A DNA stretch of 64,000 bases from a bacterium (GTDB lineage Bacteria; JACRDZ01; JAQUKH01), in NCBI GenBank assembly GCA_028719205.1, contig JAQUKH010000007.1:6254-70253 (forward strand), written 5' to 3'. The position numbers and the translations under genes were made by a program. The notes below the pieces were generated by a model. The model made no database searches and was not told the DNA's origin. It saw only the letters and a program-made list of their open reading frames with translations. Each line of letters begins with the position of its first letter. Position 1 is the stretch's first letter. Shown one piece after another: positions 55,870-64,000 of the stretch.

Positions 55870-57327
55870 TTAATTTACTTTCATGAATAAATTTCTTATC
55901 GACGCTTTTTCGTCATTAGAAATTATTTTCATCCGTAATAATAGCCATCCATAGAATGCAAAGGAGGCAATTATGATTAAGATCAGGATATAAATATTGG
56001 AAATAAGGCCTTTTGATATTAAAATAATAATTCCCATTAATAAAACAGCTGTGACAGGTTTAACAAATATCTCCCTGAAAGAAGGAAATTCAAATAATAT
56101 TTTTTTCAAAAAATAAATATTTATGGCCATTCCGGTAATTTCAGTTAATAAAGTAACCATGCCCGCGCCCATAAAACTATATTTAGGAATAAATATAACA
56201 TTTAAAAGAAGATTTAAAAAAGTATTGGCCGTTGAGAAATAAATAAAAGACCTGAGGTACGTTGAATTATAAATAATATTTCCCGCTGAAGCATTAATAA
56301 AAATAAACAGTAACGCCCAGATCAGAACGACAAATACCGGGCCTGAAACCAGATAATTTTCACCAAGCAAATATTCAATGATCTGTTTATTTAAAATTGT
56401 GCAGGACATTACGATCGGGAATACAATAATAGTAAGGATTTTCAACGCCCATTTATAACTTTCTGACAGGGCTTTTTTTGAAAGAATAGAAAACGAGGAA
56501 ACAACAGGGAACAATACCGCGGAAAACGTGACAGGGATAAACATTAATATTTCTATTAATTTGTAAGGGGCATTATAATAGCCAACCGTAAGCTCATCCT
56601 TAAAAACTGAAAGCATTACAGTGTCCATTTTAAAATAAACAATTGATAAGATCGTAAGAAAAGCGAAAGGAAAAACCTGTTTTATCAAATGCTGCAAAAA
56701 AATAAATTCTACTTTGCGTTCCAGAAAAGTAAAATTTTTTAAAATTACAAATAAAGTTATTATTAAAAACAGCCAATTTACTGAAGCTATTCCGAGGAAC
56801 AGGCCTTTCAATCCATATCCTGAAACTAATATTAATATTCCGAATATCGAATTTATCAGAGAATATAACGCGTTAAGCCTTGAAAGCATATCTATTCTTT
56901 GATAAACAAAAAAGAACGCGTTAAGGGTATTTCTTAACGAATCAGCTATCAAACCGATCCCCGCGATCATTAAAATAATTCTAACATCTAAGGAATAATT
57001 CAGAAAATACGCGAGAAAATATAATCCCGCGTAGGACAAAATAACAAAAAATATTTTCAGGAATAAAACATGGGTAAGATATTTAGACGAAAGGCTTTTG
57101 TCCTGTGAAACATCCCGGACTATTAAAGTGTAAAAACCAAAATCTGAAATGACAGTAAAAATAGAAATAAGGGATAGGACCAGCGCGTATATACCGAACT
57201 CTTTTACCCCTAAAGAACGTACGGCAAAAACAATAAAAACTAATGTAAATAATTTGCTTAAAATAGAAGAACAGATCAAAAAAAAAGTATTTTTCAGGAC
57301 ACGCGAAAAATCAAATTTTATCTCCAC
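55870..57327 (-). CDS. Polysaccharide flippase (Wzx/MOP superfamily)
   Basis: 485 aa with about 12 to 14 TM segments. It is the first gene of the glycosyltransferase run. Confidence 0.75.
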   Translation of the reverse strand: MEIKFDFSRVLKNTFFLICSSILSKLFTLVFIVFAVRSLGVKEFGIYALVLSLISIFTVISDFGFYTLIVRDVSQDKSLSSKYLTHVLFLKIFFVILSYAGLYFLAYFLNYSLDVRIILMIAGIGLIADSLRNTLNAFFFVYQRIDMLSRLNALYSLINSIFGILILVSGYGLKGLFLGIASVNWLFLIITLFVILKNFTFLERKVEFIFLQHLIKQVFPFAFLTILSIVYFKMDTVMLSVFKDELTVGYYNAPYKLIEILMFIPVTFSAVLFPVVSSFSILSKKALSESYKWALKILTIIVFPIVMSCTILNKQIIEYLLGENYLVSGPVFVVLIWALLFIFINASAGNIIYNSTYLRSFIYFSTANTFLNLLLNVIFIPKYSFMGAGMVTLLTEITGMAINIYFLKKILFEFPSFREIFVKPVTAVLLMGIIILISKGLISNIYILILIIIASFAFYGWLLLRMKIISNDEKASIRNLFMKVN

Positions 57328-57330
57328 TTG

Positions 57331-59241
57331 TTATAATTCTTTCACTAAAAATAATTTTTGCCCTTTTTCTATCGGCTGGGCATTTTTAACTAATATTTTT
57401 TCAATACGCCCTCTTTTTTCGATCTGAAGTTCATTCATAAGTTTCATTGCTTCAATAATACATATAACATGGCCCGGTTTTACCTCATCACCCTCCTCAA
57501 CAAATGGTTCCGCGGTTGGAGATGTGGAACGGTAAAATGTGCCGATCATAGGAGACTCAACATAAAATTTCCCGGCCCCGGTCTCTTCCTCAACGATCCC
57601 CGGAACAACTTTAACAGGCTCAGCAATAGTCCCGCTGACAAATCCCTCGACCGATTCCAGTGAAATACCCATCATACGTTTGATCCTGAATTTGCTGTCT
57701 TTTTCCTCAAGGCTCAATTCAGCAATATTGTTTACTTCCATTACCTTTACTATATTTTTTATTTCATCAACCGTGCTTGTATTTTGCGCTTTATCTTTTT
57801 CTTTCTTTTCCGCTTCGATCTGCATGCCCAAAAGAGGGTCTTGCACAGGCGGATATTTTTCAGGATTTTTCCTTGTTTTAAAAAAACTCAGGGCAACATG
57901 CGGAAAAAGCGCGTAAGAAATATAATCTTCTTCTTTTTGGACCAGATCCGGATCCAATTCGGCTTTAACCTTTTCCATAAGCGGAGAAAGCAGGTCAGCA
58001 GGCCTTACATTAATGGTCTTTTCGCCTTTCAAGATCTTCTGTTTAACCTTTTCATCTATCGGCGCCGGCGAGCGGCCGTACAATCCGCGGACATAATCTT
58101 TAACCTCTTCCGGCACGATCTTATACCGCTCCCCGGTCAGAACATTAAATACCGCCTGAGTTCCTATGACCTGGCTTGTCGGTGTAACTAAAGGAGGATA
58201 ACCCAGATCCTGCCTGACTTTAGGAATTTCCACGAGAACATCTTCCAGTTTATCAAGGGCTTTCTGCTTATCTAACTGCGTGATCAAATTGGATACCATC
58301 CCGCCCGGTACCTGATGTGTTATTACCGCGATATCGATCAGCGATTGCTGCGGGCGCAATAATTTTTTCTTTTCTGAAAGAGCTTCAAAATAATCAGAAA
58401 CTTCTTTCAATTTGGCCATGTTATGATTAATTTTTTTATCCGTATCGCGGAAAATCGCCATCATGGTTTCTATTGCCGGCTGGGAAGTATAAAGCGCGAG
58501 CGGCGCCGACGCGCAGTCAATAATATCCGCGCCTGCCTCAACTCCTTTTAAATAACTGACAGCGGCCATACCTGAGGATGAATGGCAGTGAAGCTGGACT
58601 GTTATCTTAAATTCATTTTTTAACGCTTTTACAAGGTCATACGCGACATACGGCGTCAAAATGCCTGCCATATCCTTGATATTCAGTGAATCTATTCCCA
58701 GATTTATCTGGCGCCTGGCGCAATCCAGATAATGTTTAATATCATGGAACGGGCTTATGGTATAACATATATTTCCCTGCGCGTGAGCTCCCTCTCTTTT
58801 TACTATTTCTATCGCTTTTTCAAGATTCCTGACATCGTTCAAAGCGTCAAAGATCCTGAAAATGCTTATGCCGTTCTCAACCGATTTTTTAATAAAAACA
58901 TCCAGAACGTCATCAGGATAATTTTTATAACCGACTATATTCTGCCCGCGTAAAAGCATTTGCAGGGGCGTCTTCTTAAAATATTTTTTTATTAATTTCA
59001 GCCTTTCCCACGGATCCTCATTAAGATAACGCATGCAAACATCAAAAGTAGCGCCGCCCCATACTTCAACGGAATGATAACCGACATCATCGATTTTACT
59101 CGCGACCGGAAGTATATCATCGGTACTCATTCTGGTAGCCCAAAGAGACTGATGGGCATCACGCAAAGTTGTATCTGTAACCATAAGCGGCCTCTTCTCA
59201 ATATTTACGATCTTTTTCACTTTTGTTGACTTTTTTTCCAT
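57331..59241 (-). CDS. Biotin-dependent carboxyltransferase + BCCP subunit (pyruvate carboxylase subunit B / oxaloacetate decarboxylase alpha)
   Basis: TIM-barrel carboxyltransferase domain (TLRDAHQS, IKDMAG, HCHSSSGMA) and a C-terminal biotinyl domain (IIEAMKLMNE). Confidence 0.85.
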   Translation of the reverse strand: MEKKSTKVKKIVNIEKRPLMVTDTTLRDAHQSLWATRMSTDDILPVASKIDDVGYHSVEVWGGATFDVCMRYLNEDPWERLKLIKKYFKKTPLQMLLRGQNIVGYKNYPDDVLDVFIKKSVENGISIFRIFDALNDVRNLEKAIEIVKREGAHAQGNICYTISPFHDIKHYLDCARRQINLGIDSLNIKDMAGILTPYVAYDLVKALKNEFKITVQLHCHSSSGMAAVSYLKGVEAGADIIDCASAPLALYTSQPAIETMMAIFRDTDKKINHNMAKLKEVSDYFEALSEKKKLLRPQQSLIDIAVITHQVPGGMVSNLITQLDKQKALDKLEDVLVEIPKVRQDLGYPPLVTPTSQVIGTQAVFNVLTGERYKIVPEEVKDYVRGLYGRSPAPIDEKVKQKILKGEKTINVRPADLLSPLMEKVKAELDPDLVQKEEDYISYALFPHVALSFFKTRKNPEKYPPVQDPLLGMQIEAEKKEKDKAQNTSTVDEIKNIVKVMEVNNIAELSLEEKDSKFRIKRMMGISLESVEGFVSGTIAEPVKVVPGIVEEETGAGKFYVESPMIGTFYRSTSPTAEPFVEEGDEVKPGHVICIIEAMKLMNELQIEKRGRIEKILVKNAQPIEKGQKLFLVKEL

Positions 59242-59887
59242 TAATTTCTCCTATGCTGGCTTTATTATTCCACACTTTCAGTATTTCTTCAGCCGGAATC
59301 GCGCCTTCGCGCAAAATTTTTAATTTACTTTCACTGACATCAACAATAGTCGATATAACACTGAGCTTACACCTGCCCGCGTCAATTGCCAAATCTGTCT
59401 TTTCCAAAATACCGGAACCTATCTGATCGAAATCAAAGGGAGATCCCTCCCCTGAAATATTAGCGCTTGTAACCACAAGCGGATCATTAAAGCCTTTCAG
59501 GATGGCAAGAACAACCGGATGTTCAGGAATACGAACCGCTATCTTGCCCCCCAACTGAGGCAGAATATCATCCAAATTTTTTTTAAAAACAAAAGTAACC
59601 GCCCCGGGCCAAAAAACCTGAAGTAAATTTTTTATTTTTGGCGTTATTTTAATATTAATTTTTTTTATAAAATCAATATCAGGAACGAAAATTATAAACG
59701 GCTTATCTTTAGGCCTTTGTTTTAACTGATATATCTTTTCAATCGCCAAACTGCTATAGGCGCTTCCTGCCAGGCCGTAAACGGTATCTGTTGGAAAGAT
59801 CACCAGGCCATTGTCATTTAATACCTTTACAGCTTTTTCCACTTCGCAAGGCGTAATATCTTTATTTCTTAGAGTAATTGTATGCAT
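59198..59887 (-). CDS. tsaC: L-threonylcarbamoyladenylate synthase (YrdC/Sua5 family)
   Basis: PTDTVYGLAG, KQRPKDKPF and VTSANISGEG. Confidence 0.85.
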   Translation of the reverse strand: MHTITLRNKDITPCEVEKAVKVLNDNGLVIFPTDTVYGLAGSAYSSLAIEKIYQLKQRPKDKPFIIFVPDIDFIKKINIKITPKIKNLLQVFWPGAVTFVFKKNLDDILPQLGGKIAVRIPEHPVVLAILKGFNDPLVVTSANISGEGSPFDFDQIGSGILEKTDLAIDAGRCKLSVISTIVDVSESKLKILREGAIPAEEILKVWNNKASIGEINGKKVNKSEKDRKY

Positions 59888-60838
59888 TTACTCTATGAAT
59901 CTTCCCATTTTTTTAAATTTTTCAAAACGGATCTCCAGCATTCTGCTGACAGGAATATCCTGCAATATTTTTATATTATTAAGTATCGCGTTTTTTAAAT
60001 TCCTCGCAGCATCTTCTTTAAAACGGTGCGCTCCGCCGATCGGCTCAGGGATTATTTCATCAATAATACCAAAATTCAGCAGATCCGGCGCTGTAAGCTT
60101 TAACGCCTCAGCGGCATCCTCAACTTTAGAGGAATCTTTCCAGAGAATAGCCGCGCAGCCCTCAGGCGAGATAACCGAATAAATAGCATTTTCCATCATT
60201 AAGATCTTATCTCCCACTCCAATAGCCAGCGCTCCGCCGCTGGAACCTTCCCCGATAACCACGCATATGACCGGAACCTGAAGCCCTATCATTACTTCCA
60301 TATTATTAGCGATCGCCTCTCCCTGCCCCCGCTCTTCCGCTCCGATACCGGGATAAGCGCCCGGAGTATCGATCAATGTAACCACCGGAAAACCAAATTT
60401 CTCGGCTAATTTCATCAATCTTCTTGCCTTGCGGTATCCTTCAGGATGCGGCATACCGAAATTACGTACTAAATTGTCTTTTGTGCCTCTTCCTTTTTGA
60501 TGGCCGATCAGCATAATAGTTTTATTATCTATTTTCGCCAGGCCGGCTACAATTGCCTGATCCTCGGAAAAAAGCCTGTCACCCCGCAGTTCAACAAAAT
60601 CATCAAAAATTAATTTAACATAATCCAGTGTATAAGGACGCTGCGGATGCCGCGCCAATTGAACCCTCTGCCAGGGTGTAAGTGACGCGTAAACCTTCCC
60701 TTTTATCTGTTCCAGCTTTTTCTCAAGCTCTTTTGCTTCAGATAAACTTTTGGCCCCGCTATCCGGTTTTTTTAATTCAAACAATTTTTTTTCAAGAATA
60801 TATATTTCGTTCTCAAAAGCTAACGGTATACTGCTCAT
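59888..60838 (-). CDS. accA: Acetyl-CoA carboxylase carboxyltransferase alpha subunit
   Basis: 316 aa with TPGAYPGIGAEERGQGEAIA and GEGSSGGALA. Confidence 0.95.
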   Translation of the reverse strand: MSSIPLAFENEIYILEKKLFELKKPDSGAKSLSEAKELEKKLEQIKGKVYASLTPWQRVQLARHPQRPYTLDYVKLIFDDFVELRGDRLFSEDQAIVAGLAKIDNKTIMLIGHQKGRGTKDNLVRNFGMPHPEGYRKARRLMKLAEKFGFPVVTLIDTPGAYPGIGAEERGQGEAIANNMEVMIGLQVPVICVVIGEGSSGGALAIGVGDKILMMENAIYSVISPEGCAAILWKDSSKVEDAAEALKLTAPDLLNFGIIDEIIPEPIGGAHRFKEDAARNLKNAILNNIKILQDIPVSRMLEIRFEKFKKMGRFIE

Positions 60839-60947
60839 TTTCTCTCCATTTTAACTGTATAACCAAATTAAACCATTCTTTCGATCTTTATCTCAATAGT
60901 GCTTATTATACCTAAAATATGACATTATATGCAACTACTTTAATAGA

Positions 60948-63900
60948 TCAGGCGACATCTTTATTTTTTCTATTATTTACAGGATTTTTACTGCTGAACC
61001 AAACACTGCCTTCGCCAAGAATTTTCTCAATTTCATCGATCAATTCACCGGACGGCAAAGCAAAAAAATTTGAATTTAACTTTTGGACAACTTCTTCCTT
61101 TGATGGTTTTAAAAAATGCAAATAAACAGAACATTTACCTTTATTGCGGTTAAGTATATTTTTTATTTCTTCCAACAGGCTGTTTTCCACCCCTAAAGTG
61201 TTTATCCGGATATGAATTATATCGGTCATTTTTTCTTTGACTTGAGCAAGCGGAATTATCTCTTCCGCGATAACTTTAACCCTTTCATTCTGCTCTCCCG
61301 ATAAATCAATTTTACCGTTCACGAATATCAACGCGTCTTCATTCATCGATTCACCGGCAGCCAGAAATGTTTTGGGAAAAACGATCACCTCTACCGTGCC
61401 ATGCCTGTCTTCAAGATTAAGAAATCCCATTTTGTCGCCTTTTTTGGTAACCACCCTCTTCATTGAGCTGATAATACCCGCGATCCGTACATCATCATCC
61501 TGCGATAAATTCGCGAGATCCGCGATATTGGAATTGGTATATAGTTTTACTTCTTCTTTATAATGGTCTAAGGGATGCCCGGAAAGATAAAGGCCAAGCA
61601 TCTCTTTTTCAAGGCTTAAAAGCTGATTTTCCGGCCATTCCTGAATATCCGGAGTTTTTATATCCTGCCCGTTATTTTCATCCGTTCCAAATAAAGAGAA
61701 CTGGCCTGATTGTTTATCTTTCTGGATACCTGAGGCAATTTCCATTGTTTCATCCACCGTTACCATTAACCTGGAGCGGAAAACACCTAATGAATCAAAA
61801 GCGCCGCACTTGATCAGGCTCTCAATTACACGGCGGTTCACGGTCCGAAGATCCACGGACTTGCAGAATTCTAAAAACGATTTATATTTTTCTACCTGTT
61901 TTCTTCCTGAAATAATAGATTCTATCGCGGCCTCCCCGACATTTTTCACCGCGTTAAGCCCGAAACGTATCACACCTTCTTTTAACACGGTAAATTTCGC
62001 GAAACTTTCATTAATATCAGGCGGCAAAACCTCAATATTCATTCTGCGGCATTCATCAACATACATAACAACTTTTTTGCTATCGCTCATTTCCGAGGTT
62101 AATAACGCAGCCATATATTCCGTCGGGAAATGTGTTTTAAGATAGGCAGTTTGATATGCCACCATCGCGTAAGCCGCGCTGTGCGATTTATTAAAACCAT
62201 AACCAGCGAATTTTGCCATAAGATCAAAGATTTCATTGGAGATCCTGGAATCGATCCCGTTCACCTTCGCCCCGTCAACAAAATTCTTTCTCTGGCGGTC
62301 CATAACCTCAGGGATCTTTTTTCCCATTGCTTTTCTCAGGATATCCGCCTGCCCCATCGAGAAATTACCGACAGCCTCCGCTATTTTCATAACCTGTTCC
62401 TGATAAAGTATTATTCCATAGGTAGTTTTTAGTATATCTTCAAGCTTTGGATGAAGGTATTTTATCTTCATTAAACCATGTTTGCACTTGATGAAATCAT
62501 CGACCATATTGCTTCCTAACGGACCCGGCCGGTACAACGCGATAAGAGCGATCACGTCTTCAAAAGTTTCCGGTTTTGATTTTCGAAGTAAGTCCCTCAT
62601 CCCCCTGCTTTCCAGCTGAAAAATACCGATCGCGTTACCGTTGATCAGAGTCTGGTAAGTTGCCGCGTCATCCATTAAAAGCATATCAACATTTATTTCC
62701 ATATTTCTTGTTCTTTTTATTATTTGAACACAGTTAAAAATAACTGTAAGGGTCCGTAATCCAAGAAAATCAATTTTTAAAAGCCCGATCTTGTCGATCG
62801 AGGTCATATCGTACTGCGTGATAACTTCATTATTCGCGCCGCGAAAAAGAGGCACGTAATTCGTTAACGCTTCTTTTGAGATAACCACGCCTGCCGCGTG
62901 CATTGACGCATGGCGCGTAAGCCCTTCCAACCTTTTCGCTATATCAATTAATTCCTTTATCTCCGGTTTGGAATTAATTATATTGGCAAGTTCCGGCTCC
63001 ATTTTAATAGCTTTTTCCAGGGTAATATCAAGCTCGAACGGGATCAGTTTCGCGATCCGGTCCACTTCCGAATAAGGCAGGTCCAGAACCCGGCCTACAT
63101 CCCGGATAACACCCCGCGCCGCCATAGTTCCAAACGTGATGATCTGCGCGACATTGTCCGCCCCGTATTTTTCCGTCACATATTCGATCACCTCCGGCCT
63201 CCGCTCATAACAAAAATCTATATCTATATCAGGCATGCTTATTCTTTCCGGATTCAGGAACCTTTCAAATATCAAGCCGTATTTTAAGGGATCCAGGTTG
63301 GTTATACCCAGCGCGTAAGATACTATACTTCCCGCTGCTGAACCCCGGCCCGGCCCGACAGGAATATTCTGCTCTTTAGCGTGCCTTATAAAATCCCAAA
63401 CGATAAGAAAATAACTGGGATAACCCATTTTATCAATAACTTTTAATTCATGGACTATCCTGTTTTCTATTTCAGGGGTAATTTCAACATAGCGTTTTTT
63501 GATACCCTCCCTGCAGAGTTTTTCAAGGTAACTTAAAGGTGTCTCATTTTGAGGGACTTCAAACTTAGGTAAATGGATCTGGTTAAACGAAAGATCAAGA
63601 TTACAACGCTCGGCAATATCGATCGAATTATAAATCGCCTCCGGCGTTTCCTTAAAAAGTTCATTCATTTCTTCGGGGGAACGGAAATAAAATTCTTCCG
63701 AGGAAAACCGCATCCGTTTCGGGTCACTGCGAGTAGTTCCTGTCTGGATGCAGAGAAGCATCTCATGCGCCTGGGCGTCACTTTTTTCAAGATAATGGCA
63801 GTCACTTGTGGCAACCAGCGGGATATCAAGTTCTTTACTTAATGAAACCAGATTTTCCAGAACGTCTGCTTGTTCTTTTAATCCGTTATTCTGGATCTCA

Positions 63901-64000
63901 AGGAAAAAATCTCCCTTAGGAAAAAGATCTTTATAGAATTTCGCGGCATTTTTCGCGTCTTCCGGCCTTCCATTCAAAAATAAATTTGCTATTTCTCCTT
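60948..64000 (-). CDS. dnaE: DNA polymerase III alpha subunit (N-terminus beyond the window)
   Basis: More than 1010 aa with part of the PHP domain, the palm motif GLLKIDFLGLRTL, GYGFNKSHSAAY and a C-terminal OB fold. The frame stays open from 63977 to the window end, so the track start (TTG) is internal. Confidence 0.95.
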   Translation of the reverse strand, partial: GEIANLFLNGRPEDAKNAAKFYKDLFPKGDFFLEIQNNGLKEQADVLENLVSLSKELDIPLVATSDCHYLEKSDAQAHEMLLCIQTGTTRSDPKRMRFSSEEFYFRSPEEMNELFKETPEAIYNSIDIAERCNLDLSFNQIHLPKFEVPQNETPLSYLEKLCREGIKKRYVEITPEIENRIVHELKVIDKMGYPSYFLIVWDFIRHAKEQNIPVGPGRGSAAGSIVSYALGITNLDPLKYGLIFERFLNPERISMPDIDIDFCYERRPEVIEYVTEKYGADNVAQIITFGTMAARGVIRDVGRVLDLPYSEVDRIAKLIPFELDITLEKAIKMEPELANIINSKPEIKELIDIAKRLEGLTRHASMHAAGVVISKEALTNYVPLFRGANNEVITQYDMTSIDKIGLLKIDFLGLRTLTVIFNCVQIIKRTRNMEINVDMLLMDDAATYQTLINGNAIGIFQLESRGMRDLLRKSKPETFEDVIALIALYRPGPLGSNMVDDFIKCKHGLMKIKYLHPKLEDILKTTYGIILYQEQVMKIAEAVGNFSMGQADILRKAMGKKIPEVMDRQRKNFVDGAKVNGIDSRISNEIFDLMAKFAGYGFNKSHSAAYAMVAYQTAYLKTHFPTEYMAALLTSEMSDSKKVVMYVDECRRMNIEVLPPDINESFAKFTVLKEGVIRFGLNAVKNVGEAAIESIISGRKQVEKYKSFLEFCKSVDLRTVNRRVIESLIKCGAFDSLGVFRSRLMVTVDETMEIASGIQKDKQSGQFSLFGTDENNGQDIKTPDIQEWPENQLLSLEKEMLGLYLSGHPLDHYKEEVKLYTNSNIADLANLSQDDDVRIAGIISSMKRVVTKKGDKMGFLNLEDRHGTVEVIVFPKTFLAAGESMNEDALIFVNGKIDLSGEQNERVKVIAEEIIPLAQVKEKMTDIIHIRINTLGVENSLLEEIKNILNRNKGKCSVYLHFLKPSKEEVVQKLNSNFFALPSGELIDEIEKILGEGSVWFSSKNPVNNRKNKDVA

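Overview
AT-rich, densely coded bacterial chromosome segment, probably from an uncultivated low-GC lineage. I count about 55 CDS and one tRNA, and I see no rRNA, CRISPR array or recognisable transposase or integrase.

Layout from left to right:
- A giant secreted LVIVD-propeller/PKD surface protein, truncated by the window edge.
- nrdJ, an FmdB zinc-ribbon gene and aroB.
- A 12-gene minus-strand run. It joins a GldA/F/G-like ABC module plus DUF4340 to a complete MoxR-DUF58-BatA-E (Bacteroides aerotolerance-type) operon through overlapping stop and start codons. An OmpR/HK two-component pair lies upstream.
- tRNA-Leu(GAG), with a nearby duplicate of its 3' end.
- A FemAB / L,D-transpeptidase / MurE / unknown-protein cell-wall operon.
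- A visibly more AT-rich block of secreted beta-propeller paralogs plus an HExxH protein.
- Housekeeping genes: queA, recO, glyQS, ppdK.
- A glycan-assembly operon (flippase, three GT2, a GT39-like enzyme, a WecA-like enzyme, an FAD enzyme, GT4). Its last gene overlaps the start of a PAS-HD-GYP gene.
- A carboxyltransferase/BCCP subunit, tsaC, accA and a partial dnaE.

The signals the gene models do not explain:
- A 269-bp GC-rich, hairpin-rich element closed by 31-bp imperfect terminal inverted repeats, between batE and aroB.
- The tRNA-Leu 3'-end duplication with a GC-rich insert.
- A GC-rich structured leader in front of the ABC/Bat run.
- A short tandem-repeat insertion inside a GT2 gene.
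- An SD-sequestering hairpin in front of queA.

All functional calls come from motif recognition by eye. No database search was run.
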